Assembly (NCBI GenBank): GCA_049971805.1
Contig: JBMFKU010000005.1
Span: forward strand, 13,882 to 77,881
Source: Caldisphaera sp.
GTDB lineage: Archaea; Thermoproteota; Thermoprotei_A; Sulfolobales; Acidilobaceae
Length of the DNA stretch: 64,000 bases
Direction of reading: 5' to 3'
Shown: piece after piece, positions 31,654-42,953 of the stretch
How the letters are laid out: each line of letters starts with the position of its first letter
Numbering within the stretch: position 1 is the stretch's first letter
Translations under genes and position numbers: made by a program
Notes under the pieces: generated by a model
Seen by the model: the letters and a program-made list of their open reading frames with translations, nothing else
Told to the model about the DNA's origin: nothing
The model's database searches: none

Positions 31654-33464
31654 GCTTTTTCACCACCCTTTGACTTCAAGCTATCAAGCAAATTAAGGGC
31701 TTGCTTCTTAATACCTTCAATCATTTCTAACTTATCGTTTGGTATGCTGAACCTAGCCTTTACCATATCAACATATAATCTTCCTAAGGCTTCTTTTACT
31801 CTTGAAGCTGGAATTCCAGATTCTACTAATTGCAAAGCACCTTTATAATAGTCTATCATTAATTTCATTAATTCAACTTGTTTCTTTGGTGAGGCAAATG
31901 TATCTATAGGATCATAGGCATTTTGCTTTAAGAATCCGTCTCTTATCAATCTAGCAACATCTAAAACTAACTTATCTCTCTCATCTAGGCTTTCAGTTCC
32001 CACTAACCTCACTATCTCTTGCAATTCATTTTCTCTTAATAGTATATCCATTAATTGGTCTCTATACTCTTTCCATTGAGGATCTACATTCTTTGCCCAC
32101 CAATCTGCCACTGTATCTACATATGAACTATAGCTTAATATCCAATTTATTGCTGGATAGTGCCTACTATAAGCTAGAGCTGTATCTAAAGCCCAAAATA
32201 CTCTTGTAAATCTTCTTGTATGAGTTGTTACAGGTTCAGTAAAGTCACCACCCGGAGGACTTACAGCTCCTACAACCGTTACACTACCAATCCTTTCTGG
32301 AGATCCAAAGGCTTTCACTCTACCAGCCCTTTCATAAAATTCCGCCAATCTCGATGCAAGATAACTTGGATAACCTTCTTCTGCCGGCATTTCTTCAAGC
32401 CTACCTGCTATTTCCCTTAAAGCCTCAGCCCATCTGCTTGTGGAATCAGCAACTAATAGTACATCATAACCCATATCTCTATAATACTCTGCAATTGTTA
32501 TACCAACATAAATGCTTGCCTCTCTAGCTGCTACCGGCATATTACTTGTGTTTGCAATTAATACAGTTCTCTCCATCAACGGTTTACCAGTCCATGGATC
32601 CTTATATGTCGGGAATCTTTCTAGCACCTCTGTCATTTCATTACCTCTTTCCCCACAACCTATATAGAGTACGACATTTGCTGATGACCATTGAGCTAAT
32701 CCATGCATTGTAACTGTCTTACCTGTTCCAAACCCCCCCGGTATCATACCAGTACCTCCTTTGGCCATAGGGAATAGCGTATCAATTATTCTAAGACCAG
32801 TTATTAAAGGCTCTGATGGATCCAGCTTTAAATTGTATGGTCTTGGAGATCTAACAGGCCAATGTTGCAACATATATATTTCTTTTGTTTCCTCACCACT
32901 TTTTACTTCAGCTATAGGATCTACTATCGTATAGTCCCCCTCTGGTGCTATCCATGTCACCTCGCCATGTATATTGGGTGGGACTAAAACCTTATGCAAA
33001 ATTAACTCCGTTTCTTGAACAAAACCTATTATATCTCCTCCAGATACTTTTTTTCCTGATATAGTATCACTAGGAGTAAAGTGCCACTTCTTGTCTCTTG
33101 GAAGAGAGCTTACATTAATACCTCTTTCAACAAATATGCTTCTTTTAGGAGAAGTCTTATTTAAATAATCTACTATAAAAGGTAAAGGCCTCTGAACTCC
33201 ATCATATATATTTCCTAATAAACCTGGACCCAGTTCAACACTCAAAGGTGCGCCTGTGCCTTCAACCTGTTCCCCAGGCTTTAACCCTGTTGTAGATTCA
33301 TAAACCTGTATATATGCAACGTCTCCTTTTATTCTTGTTACTTCTCCAATTAATCTTTCTCCTCCAACCCTTACCATTTCATACATCTGTATGCCAGTCA
33401 TATTTTCTGCTAAAACCAATGGGCCTGTAATCCTATTAATTCTACCTCTAACAACCATAATCAT
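31650..33464 (-). CDS. atpA: A/V-type ATP synthase subunit A (no intein)
   Basis: [25 protein letters not shown]. Confidence 0.98.
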   Translation of the reverse strand: MIMVVRGRINRITGPLVLAENMTGIQMYEMVRVGGERLIGEVTRIKGDVAYIQVYESTTGLKPGEQVEGTGAPLSVELGPGLLGNIYDGVQRPLPFIVDYLNKTSPKRSIFVERGINVSSLPRDKKWHFTPSDTISGKKVSGGDIIGFVQETELILHKVLVPPNIHGEVTWIAPEGDYTIVDPIAEVKSGEETKEIYMLQHWPVRSPRPYNLKLDPSEPLITGLRIIDTLFPMAKGGTGMIPGGFGTGKTVTMHGLAQWSSANVVLYIGCGERGNEMTEVLERFPTYKDPWTGKPLMERTVLIANTSNMPVAAREASIYVGITIAEYYRDMGYDVLLVADSTSRWAEALREIAGRLEEMPAEEGYPSYLASRLAEFYERAGRVKAFGSPERIGSVTVVGAVSPPGGDFTEPVTTHTRRFTRVFWALDTALAYSRHYPAINWILSYSSYVDTVADWWAKNVDPQWKEYRDQLMDILLRENELQEIVRLVGTESLDERDKLVLDVARLIRDGFLKQNAYDPIDTFASPKKQVELMKLMIDYYKGALQLVESGIPASRVKEALGRLYVDMVKARFSIPNDKLEMIEGIKKQALNLLDSLKSKGGEKA

Positions 33465-34063
33465 CTACCTCCAAACAATTTTTCAAATGCAACTCCTTTA
33501 AGAAATACCTCATTTTCCCTAATAATCTGATCAATGCTATAATCTATTTTTGTTGAGCCATCTCCACTCATAGCAATTACTCCTCCAATTATATTTATGC
33601 TTTCTTTTGAGACCTCTATATTTTTATATTGAGCTGAGATCTTTTTTGCTAAATTTATATCATCATTTGATACATACAATATCAATCCTCCATAACTTTC
33701 TGCTTCTGTTGATATTGCTTCTATTACTTTCTTCATAAAGTTGACATACCACTCCTCATTTTTTTGGGACTTTATTGAATCCAAGGCTTCTTTAAAAGCA
33801 TTATTAATTATTTGATTTCTTCTTTCTGATACCTTTTTTCTAACATCTAACTGTAGGCTTGCTTCAGCACTTTTTAATAGCTCCGAAATTTCTTGATACT
33901 TTTCATTAATTCCTTTTTGTAATTCGTTTAAAGCCTCTTGATAAGAATCGTTTAAGAGTTTGAGAGATGCATTATACGCATCATCTATAACTTTCATTGA
34001 CTCAGGCAATTTCCTTTCTATTATTTCCTCAGCAACTTTTTTTGGATTCCCCGAACTCGGCAA
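33461..34063 (-). CDS. atpE: A-type ATP synthase subunit E
   Basis: Coiled-coil N-terminus, IIGGVIA..DG..IDYS, operon position. Confidence 0.85.
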   Translation of the reverse strand: MPSSGNPKKVAEEIIERKLPESMKVIDDAYNASLKLLNDSYQEALNELQKGINEKYQEISELLKSAEASLQLDVRKKVSERRNQIINNAFKEALDSIKSQKNEEWYVNFMKKVIEAISTEAESYGGLILYVSNDDINLAKKISAQYKNIEVSKESINIIGGVIAMSGDGSTKIDYSIDQIIRENEVFLKGVAFEKLFGGR

Positions 34064-34069
34064 AGCTAA

Positions 34070-34372
34070 TCACCCCATTCCTAATGCTTCAGCAAGAAGT
34101 TTATCTATATTAATGGGTTCTGCCTTAGACCATTTAGTAGGCAAAATTAATATAGTCAAATTTAATGCAGAAGCTATTTTTCTTATGGATTTTTCATCGG
34201 TAACCAAATGCTTTAATATTATTGCCATGTTTGCACCATTATCTTTTGCTATTTTTAATTTATTTTCAACTTCTTTTTGAGAATTAGCTTCAATTGTAGG
34301 TATACCAGCAATTCTAAATAAATTAATGCTAACCTTATCACCTATAATATAAACTTTACCCTCAACACTCAA
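34070..34372 (-). CDS. atpF: A-type ATP synthase subunit F
   Basis: IIGDKVSINLFRIAGI...ALGM; TTG start 34372. Confidence 0.85.
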   Translation of the reverse strand: MSVEGKVYIIGDKVSINLFRIAGIPTIEANSQKEVENKLKIAKDNGANMAIILKHLVTDEKSIRKIASALNLTILILPTKWSKAEPINIDKLLAEALGMG

Positions 34373-34715
34373 TTTATACTCCCACTTATAAATCATATTA
34401 AAATAGTTTTTTAAGCTTAAATAATCGGTCCATAATAATAAATATTAATTAAAAATTTAATCATTTTTCGAAGTCTCATATTCATAATCTATTAATCCAT
34501 TATAATATATCAAAATTTTTTAATTTTAACTTTTATATAATATCAGTTTAAGAGCAGTTTTCTTATTATAAAAATTATGCTAATTAGGAAAATCTTAAAA
34601 TAATATTTGTTCTTATTAAATCTTATTGAAATTTAAGCAAAAAAGATTCATAATACCTTTTACTTTAAAATTTTATATTCTTAAGAGGTTATTTTCTATT
34701 CAGACACGGACTCGA

Positions 34716-36779
34716 GTGGTGCCAAGCTTGTTCGTTCCCAATAGAGTCGAAGAAGTGCTGATAGTTGTGCCAAATAGCCTTTATGATAAGGTAGTTGCTG
34801 ACATATCTACATCAGGTATTTTCCATATAGAACAGCCTACAAAAGAGCTTAATAGATATTCCACCAAAACATACAGATCTGCCTCAGGAATAGCATCTGA
34901 AAGAAAAGCAAGGCTTGAAGGCTATTTTAAAATACTTGACACGGAACCACAACTAATAGAAGGTATTGATTTAACAATATCAGATTGGCTGGAATTTTTA
35001 AATCAAACAATAAATCAAAATGCAAATCTTGAAACAGAATTTGAAAAGGAATCAACAAAAATTAACGATTTAAAAAACAGACTGGTTGATTTAAATGAGT
35101 TAAAGAATCTTCTATCTGCAGTTTCCTATATTGATAAAGATATAAGAAGTCCATATCAAGCCAAAAACATATCATTTATTATAGGTACAATTCCCAAAGA
35201 GGTTATAGAAAGTGTTAAAAAAATCTCTTCAGATCTAAACATAATAATTTCAATAGACGAAATAGAGGGAGAAAAAGACATTATAGGTTTAGCTGGTATG
35301 CCAGAAAATGTTAAGAAAGCCTTAAATGAAATAAACAGATTAGGATTTACACCGATAGCTATCAGAACAGAATTTTCTGGCATACCAAGTATTGCTATAA
35401 AAGAAATAAACGATGAAATAAATAATATAAACGATGAAATAAATCAGATTAAACAAAAACTTAACTTAAAAATCAATGACCTAAAGATTTATTATACAAA
35501 AATTTATGTATTGAACGAAGTATTTAAAATATTAAATAACACAGCATCGACTGAAACAGCATCTTTTGTTCATGGATTTGTTGATGCTAAAGAATCTAAG
35601 CAACTAAAGACAATACTTAATAATTCGACCCAAGGAGCATATATGCTATATAGTCTTGGAATAAAAAGAGGAGAAAAAGAAATACCAACAAAAATGGATA
35701 TACCTAAGGCATTTAAACCGTTTGAATCTATATTAAAAATGTATGGAACTCCAAACTCTGATGAAATAATACCTACAATTTTTATGGCAATTACAATGCC
35801 AATAATATTTGGTCTAATGTTTCCAGATATCGGCCATGGTTTGTTAGTTTTACTATTCGCTTTATTTTATTTAATGCCTAGAAGTAAAGATATAGGAAAG
35901 GTAGTTGCCATATTGGGTATAGCAGGTATGATAACTGGATTTTTAGCATCTGAATTCTTTGGCCCTATACCAGCAGAATTTTTACACTTAGATCTATTAT
36001 GGCATAGCATTGGATTAAAAGCAGCTCCTTTAGAATCTCCTGTAGATGTATCAATTACTGGTGGATCATCATCTTTAATGAGTAGCTTATTTGCTGAAGC
36101 GATGGATATTTCATTTTGGGTAGGAGCATTTATGCTAATTTTTGGCACCCTTTTAGGAATAATAAACAGCTATCTAAAGAAAGATTACGAAGATATGATA
36201 GGAGAAAAGGTACCAATGTTTTTACTTTTTACTTCAGCAACTTCTCCTTTTTTAATTTATTTTAATGTATATAAAGCTGGTACAATAATAAAAACAGCAA
36301 TATTCGGAGTTGGCAGAGGGGGGCCATTTGAGGCGTTTGTGTTTTATGGAGCAATAATTGCGTTAATTTGGATTCTTTTTGGAAAAGGTATAGTTAGAGC
36401 TGCGATGGGTGAAGGGTTTAAGCTAAATCCAATGGAATCATTCATAGGTATGTTTGAAGCAATGTTACTTGCATTAGGTAATACTATAAGCTTCCTAAGA
36501 ATACTGGGTCTTAGCCTTGCCCATTCAGGACTAATGGTCGGGTTTACCATACTTGCTTTAGTAATAGATCCTGTTGGACTCAGGAATCCATTAATGTTTA
36601 TAGGAGCTGTAATAATCTATATATTAGGTAATTTACTAACAGCTGGATTGGAAGGAATAGTAGCATTCGCCCACGATCTAAGATTGCACTTTTATGAATG
36701 GTTTAACAAATTTTATACAGGTCATGGAGTATCATTCCAGCCAATAAAATTACCAAAAGTAAATATAACGTTCCATTAA
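34716..36779 (+). CDS. atpI: A-type ATP synthase subunit I/a
   Basis: FGLMFPDIGHG, NTISFLRILGL, LRLHFYEWFNKFY; start uncertain. Confidence 0.95.
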   Translation: MVPSLFVPNRVEEVLIVVPNSLYDKVVADISTSGIFHIEQPTKELNRYSTKTYRSASGIASERKARLEGYFKILDTEPQLIEGIDLTISDWLEFLNQTINQNANLETEFEKESTKINDLKNRLVDLNELKNLLSAVSYIDKDIRSPYQAKNISFIIGTIPKEVIESVKKISSDLNIIISIDEIEGEKDIIGLAGMPENVKKALNEINRLGFTPIAIRTEFSGIPSIAIKEINDEINNINDEINQIKQKLNLKINDLKIYYTKIYVLNEVFKILNNTASTETASFVHGFVDAKESKQLKTILNNSTQGAYMLYSLGIKRGEKEIPTKMDIPKAFKPFESILKMYGTPNSDEIIPTIFMAITMPIIFGLMFPDIGHGLLVLLFALFYLMPRSKDIGKVVAILGIAGMITGFLASEFFGPIPAEFLHLDLLWHSIGLKAAPLESPVDVSITGGSSSLMSSLFAEAMDISFWVGAFMLIFGTLLGIINSYLKKDYEDMIGEKVPMFLLFTSATSPFLIYFNVYKAGTIIKTAIFGVGRGGPFEAFVFYGAIIALIWILFGKGIVRAAMGEGFKLNPMESFIGMFEAMLLALGNTISFLRILGLSLAHSGLMVGFTILALVIDPVGLRNPLMFIGAVIIYILGNLLTAGLEGIVAFAHDLRLHFYEWFNKFYTGHGVSFQPIKLPKVNITFH

Positions 36780-36996
36780 TTTTTTTAAGAATAACATCTG
36801 TTTTTATAAATTTCTTATTAAAACATAACAAATAGCGACAAGCCTTGCTCTTTGATCAGAATTAAAAAACTTTAAAATAAACTCATAAAAAACTTGGTAA
36901 TTCTATTGAAGGATAGATTAAAAATTTAAAAATGTAAAGATATAAACAAACAAATGAATCGCCTTTGCTAATAAAGGTGTCCATAAACATAAAACA

Positions 36997-37296
36997 TTAA
37001 AGAAAGTTAGCTTGAAGAAGAACTTTAATTGGTATTACTTGTTTTAGCCCAGAAGGAGTATATCTTATAATAGACACTGGCAATATACCATTTTCTACTT
37101 CATATTTTGCTATCTCTACAGGATCGCTAGAATTTATTACTTCAGGTTTAATTAATGGGGGTGCATTATGTGTTAATTGCAACGACCTAATACCTATTAT
37201 TTTTGCTTTTTCATATTTTGTTAGATAAGGTGGCCCTATTTCTATATCCTCTCTTATTTTTGGATAAGTCATATATGTCCCTGACACTTGTCTCAC
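36997..37296 (-). CDS. rpo6: RNA polymerase subunit Rpo6 (K)
   Basis: LTKYEKAKIIGIRSLQL..APPL..PVEIAKYE. Confidence 0.92.
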   Translation of the reverse strand: MRQVSGTYMTYPKIREDIEIGPPYLTKYEKAKIIGIRSLQLTHNAPPLIKPEVINSSDPVEIAKYEVENGILPVSIIRYTPSGLKQVIPIKVLLQANFL

Positions 37297-37597
37297 CTAT
37301 GTATCCTTTAATAATTTCTATTATTTTAGGGTTAAAAACTAAGTGTTTTTAGATATTTGCTCTATTAGATCATCGACTCTTCATGCTCTAAAGGCTTGCC
37401 CCCTGAGATCTTAATAATACTCCTTATCGATATTAAGTTAACTAAGAAAAAACATCTTTATCCTATCATATTCATCTTAAATATAATTAAAAGCTTTGCC
37501 CCGTCATAAGATGTATCTTTTTTACTTTGTCATAAAGATTTTAGCATAAAATACTTTAAAAGGGTATCATAATAATATAAATAAAGGATGAATTACT

Positions 37598-37975
37598 ATG
37601 AAGAAAATATCATTAAAAATTGATTTGGGAAAATATATGAGTGTGAAATTACAACTGGATGAAGCTAAAAAACTCTTAGAGGAGATAGTAAAAGAGTTAA
37701 ATATAAAATCAAAAGATATAAATGAATCTTTTAGGATATTAAATAATTTTGATGAATTTTATTCATATCAGCAAAAGAAATTTAAAGATTATTTAACACC
37801 AGATAAAGATGTAAGCGATATGATTAAAGGAGCAGTAGTTGTAGATAATTTAAAACTTTTAAAAGAAGATAAGAAAAAATATGTAGTAATTACATTTGAT
37901 AGAAGATTAAAGGAAGACATTATAATAAAATCTCTAAAATTAATTGGATATGAACCTGTTATAGAAGGCAGTTAA
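37598..37975 (+). CDS. Conserved hypothetical protein
   Basis: 125-aa ORF with native composition and upstream TATA. Confidence 0.7.
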   Translation: MKKISLKIDLGKYMSVKLQLDEAKKLLEEIVKELNIKSKDINESFRILNNFDEFYSYQQKKFKDYLTPDKDVSDMIKGAVVVDNLKLLKEDKKKYVVITFDRRLKEDIIIKSLKLIGYEPVIEGS

Positions 37976-38041
37976 CCTTTTTTAAATTAAAGTATGCATA
38001 GCATTTTAGCTTAATAATAAATAGAATATTGTTATAAACGA

Positions 38042-38425
38042 TCACTCCTTGGATTCTACATTATCTTTATTTACTTCTTTTTTCTTTCTCTTTTTTTGAG
38101 AACTCTTTGATTTCTGAGAACCCTTTTTGCTCTTTGCTTTAATGCTTGAGCTCTTTTTCTTTGATTTCTGAGAACCCTTTTTGCTCTTTCTTGTTTTCTT
38201 TATAGAAGAACTTGAAAGCTCTGCCATCTTGACTCCAACACTTTCATCATACATGCTTTTGGCCTCATTAATACTGATTTCTCTTTGTGTTGCCCTTTCT
38301 AAAATATCAAACGAATTCAACATAATTTCAAGCAATTCTGGACTTTCCACTTTATATTCTATAATAGATTCTGAATTTTCTTCCTCTTCTTCCTCTATTG
38401 ATTCCTCATCAACAGCTTCGCTCAT
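38042..38425 (-). CDS. rpo13: Probable RNA polymerase subunit Rpo13
   Basis: Acidic N-tail, two-helix core ...ISINEAK (Sulfolobus ISVDEAK), Lys-rich C-tail. Confidence 0.7.
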   Translation of the reverse strand: MSEAVDEESIEEEEEENSESIIEYKVESPELLEIMLNSFDILERATQREISINEAKSMYDESVGVKMAELSSSSIKKTRKSKKGSQKSKKKSSSIKAKSKKGSQKSKSSQKKRKKKEVNKDNVESKE

Positions 38426-38580
38426 TTTCCCACCTATTAGTATTTTATGCTAGGGAAATTTAATATTTTCATTTAATTTGCAGCTAATATCCTCTTCTTT
38501 TAACTTAGATAAAGAGTTTAATAAATTTGGGCTAGTCAGCAATAGAAATGGAAATACTTAGTTTTAACGACCCTTCTCTA

Positions 38581-38690
38581 TGAAGCATACCTCTTTAATG
38601 GCTAGTACTCATTAATTTATTTTTACAATAAACCTTAAAAGCATTACCCCCAGCCCCTAGAAGGATTGAGACTTGTCATTTGTCTTGTCA
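38581..38690 (-). mobile_element. Truncated non-autonomous IS200/IS605 element, family C (left end only)
   Basis: 38598-38625 is identical to 42556-42583 (28 bp); left-end hairpin; flanking TGAC. Confidence 0.7.
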
Positions 38691-38911
38691 GCTCCTAACT
38701 CCCTATAGAGTAATGTTTTCATTAGATATATGAAGTTATGAGGAAAACTACAATAATAAATTAAGGAGTACCTTTAGAAATCCTGGCCTTTATTATTATC
38801 TTTTTATTATAAGTTTAGTATATAAGCTTTTCTCCGATAAAATAAATTAATTCGCTACTTAGCAATTTTCTATATTGATGGCTATCTATAAATAATGAGG
38901 TAAGACATCTA

Positions 38912-39259
38912 ATGTTCCAATATGAGGATTATATTACAGATTTGAGGAGACATAGCATGGTAAATTATAATGGATTTAAAGATGAAAACTATAACAATCT
39001 TATTAGTAGGCTTAGCAAAAATGCCATGCAAGCTTTTACGGGGCTATATATTTTACTTGAAAATAGCTCAAAAAATAAATACATGATGAACTTTGCAGAG
39101 TTACTTATTAGATCTCCTGAAAATGCTAGTGAACTAGCCCATGAGATTTTAGGAGATCAATTTATTTTTGTTATAAAAGTTATGTTAAAGGATATAGAAG
39201 GAAGCGAATTAGCAAACTTCGTGTTAAGTGTTTGTAAAAGAAATTTTAGTAGTTCTTAA
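38912..39259 (+). CDS. Hypothetical protein
   Basis: 115-aa ORF with GAGGT RBS. Confidence 0.55.
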   Translation: MFQYEDYITDLRRHSMVNYNGFKDENYNNLISRLSKNAMQAFTGLYILLENSSKNKYMMNFAELLIRSPENASELAHEILGDQFIFVIKVMLKDIEGSELANFVLSVCKRNFSSS

Positions 39260-39379
39260 AATAATATTAAGATTCATATAAAATAAAACTTCTATTTTAT
39301 TATTAATGGTTATTCGACATGAAGTAATCATATAATCTTTTCTTAAAGAGCATGACTTTCAGTTTAAAAATACAAAATT

Positions 39380-40486
39380 TTAAGATGGCAAAGGTAATGT
39401 TAAAATTAATAACAAACAATATATTATAACTGCTGATAAACCTTTATATGATATTTTATTACTTTCCATAGCTGCTCCTGGATGTTTTCCTCTAGTAATT
39501 AAAAATATAAACAGGACAAATATTCCAAAAAGTGCAAAAGTAGAATACCATATCCCAGCCAATATTAATGCCACTATGAAAATTTGAGAAGCTACATAGT
39601 GACCTCTTTCACCCAATGCAGCTCTTAATACATGTCCTCCATCTAGTTGAGAAACAGGAATTAGGTTTAAGAAAGTTATAAAAAATACAATATATGAAGC
39701 AAACATCATGGCAGAAGGCTGTATAATATATCCTTGAGGTATCTTTTCAACATATGTTATTATGCTTAGGATTAATGGGACTAGACTTATTGTTGAAGAA
39801 GATACAGGTGAATATGGCATTAATGTAGAGTATTTTAGTCCTATAAATGCAAAAGGTATAGCCGCCAAAAAACCAAATAATGGTCCCATCACTCCTGTTA
39901 AAGCCAATATATCATTGGTTGGAGGCACCCATTCCATATTTATTACTGCCCCAAAGGTTCCCAGAAAACCAAATTGCAATGGAGGGGCTGGTAATAGATA
40001 TGGAGGACTGGCTGGAACATTATACCTTCTCATAGTTATCCAATGACCAGCTTCATGAATCAATAAAGGTATAATCAATCCAATTAAATATGCGAAAGGA
40101 CTCCATGCAAATCCTGTGTTGATAGTTTTAAAATCTAATCCTGAAATATAGACAGTTATTAATGTGGCAATAGCAAGCCCTATTACAACACTTTTTTTAA
40201 TCCTACTTTCTTTTTTTACCATATAAAGCATTAATTCGTTATTTTCTTTCCTTAGTGCTACGTTAAAACTAATCTTGAATGATTCCTTGTAGAGTTTAAC
40301 AAATGCAGATGATACTTTATCCCCATCTTTTAGGCCTAAAATTTTAAATTGATAAGAATTATTATTTTTTGAAATTAACGTGACATCAAAATACTTCGAA
40401 ATTATATCGTTAACTTTTTGCTCATCAAATGTGGAAATTCTGTTCACCCGGTTTATTAATTTTAGAATGCGTTTAAATTTGCTCAT
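39380..40486 (-). CDS. Site-2 protease (M50)
   Basis: HEAGH, GTFGA, NLIPVSQLDGG. Confidence 0.92.
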   Translation of the reverse strand: MSKFKRILKLINRVNRISTFDEQKVNDIISKYFDVTLISKNNNSYQFKILGLKDGDKVSSAFVKLYKESFKISFNVALRKENNELMLYMVKKESRIKKSVVIGLAIATLITVYISGLDFKTINTGFAWSPFAYLIGLIIPLLIHEAGHWITMRRYNVPASPPYLLPAPPLQFGFLGTFGAVINMEWVPPTNDILALTGVMGPLFGFLAAIPFAFIGLKYSTLMPYSPVSSSTISLVPLILSIITYVEKIPQGYIIQPSAMMFASYIVFFITFLNLIPVSQLDGGHVLRAALGERGHYVASQIFIVALILAGIWYSTFALFGIFVLFIFLITRGKHPGAAMESNKISYKGLSAVIIYCLLLILTLPLPS

Positions 40487-40515
40487 ATTGTTTAGTTTTA
40501 ATGCACTATAACTAT

Positions 40516-41373
40516 TTATAAAAGACCTTTAATTTTTGTTGCATAATCGCAAAAATCTTCTTTAAGCATTTGCTTGTGCTTAATTATTTTATTTGAATCA
40601 GCATTTAATATATACTTTAGATATTCTTCCTCAACAAAATGCAATGACGCTGGTATTGCTAAGCTATAGGGTTCTTCCATTTTTAAATCATTATTTGCTA
40701 GTTCATGTAAAGTATTAACGTCAACTATGTTGCTTTCTCCTGCATGAATTATTATACCTAGCAACTCGCTTAGTTCCTTAAATCCTGAAATTTCATTATT
40801 TAATTGTAACAGATAATTTATTCCTTCACTTATCTTTAATGATTTTCCTTCTTCATCTATATCAAATAGAAAAAATGTGTGAAGATCTAAACAAAGGTTT
40901 CCATATAGCCCATATAATATGCTATATGCCTTGGTTTTTCTCCATTTTCCTGGTATTGTTAATGTCTTTCCAAATCTATAATATTGAAGCCCTGAAATAG
41001 ATTTAGCAACACATATCCCCGATACACCATTTACTATCTCACTTTTTACTCCCATTTTTTTAGCTTCTATCAATAAAGATTCATGCGTTGTTGCTATCAT
41101 AGGATCTCCAAGTATTATAATCGATACATTTTTGCTCTTGGCTAAATTAATAATTTCATTAGAGTTATTTTCTAATAAATCCCTTTTAGCTATGAAAATC
41201 TCTTTATAATCCAAGAAGGTTTTAACATAATCCAAGAAGGTTTTAACATTTGGCATTGTATAAGAGTCAACAAATATTATATCTGATGATTTTAAAACAT
41301 CCTTAGCTTTTTCTGTAACATATTTTGGTGTTAAACCAACACCTACTAAGAATAAAACCAAAAACAGGAGCAC
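40516..41373 (-). CDS. dph5: Diphthine synthase
   Basis: VDSYT, GDPMIATTH, GLQYYRFGK, LHT. Confidence 0.93.
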   Translation of the reverse strand: MLLFLVLFLVGVGLTPKYVTEKAKDVLKSSDIIFVDSYTMPNVKTFLDYVKTFLDYKEIFIAKRDLLENNSNEIINLAKSKNVSIIILGDPMIATTHESLLIEAKKMGVKSEIVNGVSGICVAKSISGLQYYRFGKTLTIPGKWRKTKAYSILYGLYGNLCLDLHTFFLFDIDEEGKSLKISEGINYLLQLNNEISGFKELSELLGIIIHAGESNIVDVNTLHELANNDLKMEEPYSLAIPASLHFVEEEYLKYILNADSNKIIKHKQMLKEDFCDYATKIKGLL

Positions 41374-41374
41374 C

Positions 41375-41866
41375 TTACTTTTTGCAATACCCTTCTAATT
41401 CAAGATCAAGTTTATTTAGCCACTCTTTAAGAGTATTGCATACTTCTTCTGATTCATTCTCAAAGCCTTGCCTCCTCATGGCATCTATTCCTCCCATAAT
41501 TATATAGTTTATCATTGATGTATAAATGGATATTTTATTAATTAGTTGATCCTTTAGCATTAACCAACCATTAAATGTAAGAGAATAAACTATCTTTTTT
41601 CCTCCCCTAACACCCTCTTGTTCATATGACTTGATTTCTATTAAACCTTCATTTTGCATATTATCTAACAATGGATATAAAGTACCTGCTGCTGGCTTCC
41701 ATCTACCATGGGTCATTTCTTCAATTTTCTTCATTATTTCATATCCATGGCTTGGTTTTTCTGCAAGTATCCTTAAGACCAAATATAGCAGGCTTTCTCT
41801 ATATGCTTTAGCACCTTTTAGTTGTGTCTCTTCATCTTCTTGTATTTTCATAAAATTGCTCACCAT
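41375..41866 (-). CDS. PadR family transcriptional regulator
   Basis: PSHGYEIMK, GTLYPLL, KKIVYSLT..G. Confidence 0.9.
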   Translation of the reverse strand: MVSNFMKIQEDEETQLKGAKAYRESLLYLVLRILAEKPSHGYEIMKKIEEMTHGRWKPAAGTLYPLLDNMQNEGLIEIKSYEQEGVRGGKKIVYSLTFNGWLMLKDQLINKISIYTSMINYIIMGGIDAMRRQGFENESEEVCNTLKEWLNKLDLELEGYCKK

Positions 41867-42216
41867 TTAACAATAGTAAGAGAGGGTTTATATTGATTTC
41901 TATTATATCAGCGTATTATCTATAAAATTTTTAATTAAAAAGTTTTTAAATAGGTGCTCAGTCCTGGTATCTATCTTCATTAATTCTGTAATACCAGCCT
42001 TCTTCATAGCACCAAATTTTTCGTGTCCTCCTAACCTTAAAGAGATATTATTTGCATTACAGCAAATTTTTGCCCTTATTATTTTATGTTTAAAGGTTTA
42101 TTTTTCTATATTAACTTTTGTGCAATTACAAATTACCTTATCACTATAATTATATATCCCAAAAATTAAAACTTAAACCATAAAAGACTATAGCATGAAA
42201 GAAATTTAATAGTTCT

Positions 42217-42953
42217 AGAGCAGAAGTTGTTATTTGACGAGAAGCCTAAAGAAAAGAAATAAGATTTATTTGATAGAGAAAAAGAAATAATGGAAATAGA
42301 AAACAATATAAGCAGATCTCTAATTGTAATTTCTGGAGTTAGAAGAATTAGTAAAACCTGATCTTTCCTGCTCCGAAGGGCTTGTTCTCGAGGTCTTGAG
42401 GATTACTCTCCTTTATGTTGCTCTGATTCCTCCCTATGTGGGAGCAAAGTTACAACTTCTCACCCTTATTTGACTTGAGGGAGAAATCTCACCCTCCTTT
42501 TTCTTTAATTTGGTAACGAGTAGAGGCCTACCTCATATTGTGAAGAATACCCTTGATGGCTAGTACTCATTAATTTATTTTTAAAATAAACCTCTAAAAC
42601 TTTACCCCCACCTTAAAAGACGAGTTTGCCGTTTAATTTATCAATAAAAAAAGAAGGACCTTATGAAAAGTTAAGAGAATTGCAATAGAGTTGGCATTAA
42701 ATGAGATTAATAATTTAGTTAACATAAAAAAAGCATTTCTTTTATCACTGCCAGAAGATATAAAAGTGTATTAAGGTGTTTGGTCAATGGAGAAGATAGA
42801 ATAAAATAATGAGTTGTCTTCAGAAGAAAGAAGGAACTACAATTTCTAGCAACGTTTTAGATAATATTTTAAATAACTTAAAAAATAAGTATAATTAAGG
42901 GTTATGGATTTCTAGATCCCATATATAAAGAAGCTTCAATCATAACTAAATAA
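42217..42953 (+). pseudogene. Archaeal ATPase (COG1672-type) pseudogene interrupted by a family C element; middle part deleted
   Basis: LLFDEKPKEKK*DLFDREKE...ISGVRRISKT (decayed Walker A) left of the element; ARRYKSVLRCL...GFLDPIYKEAS C-terminus right of it. Confidence 0.75.
42358..42639 (-). mobile_element. Non-autonomous IS200/IS605-derived element, family C (about 280 bp, SMN/PATE-like)
   Basis: Homologous over its length to 54243-54544; TTGAT directly 5' of the left end (42640-42644); subterminal hairpins; right end TCAG; no ORF. Confidence 0.8.

Noticed and set aside
41940-42080. Coding-like fragment upstream of padR
   Set aside because: Too short and unrecognisable to call
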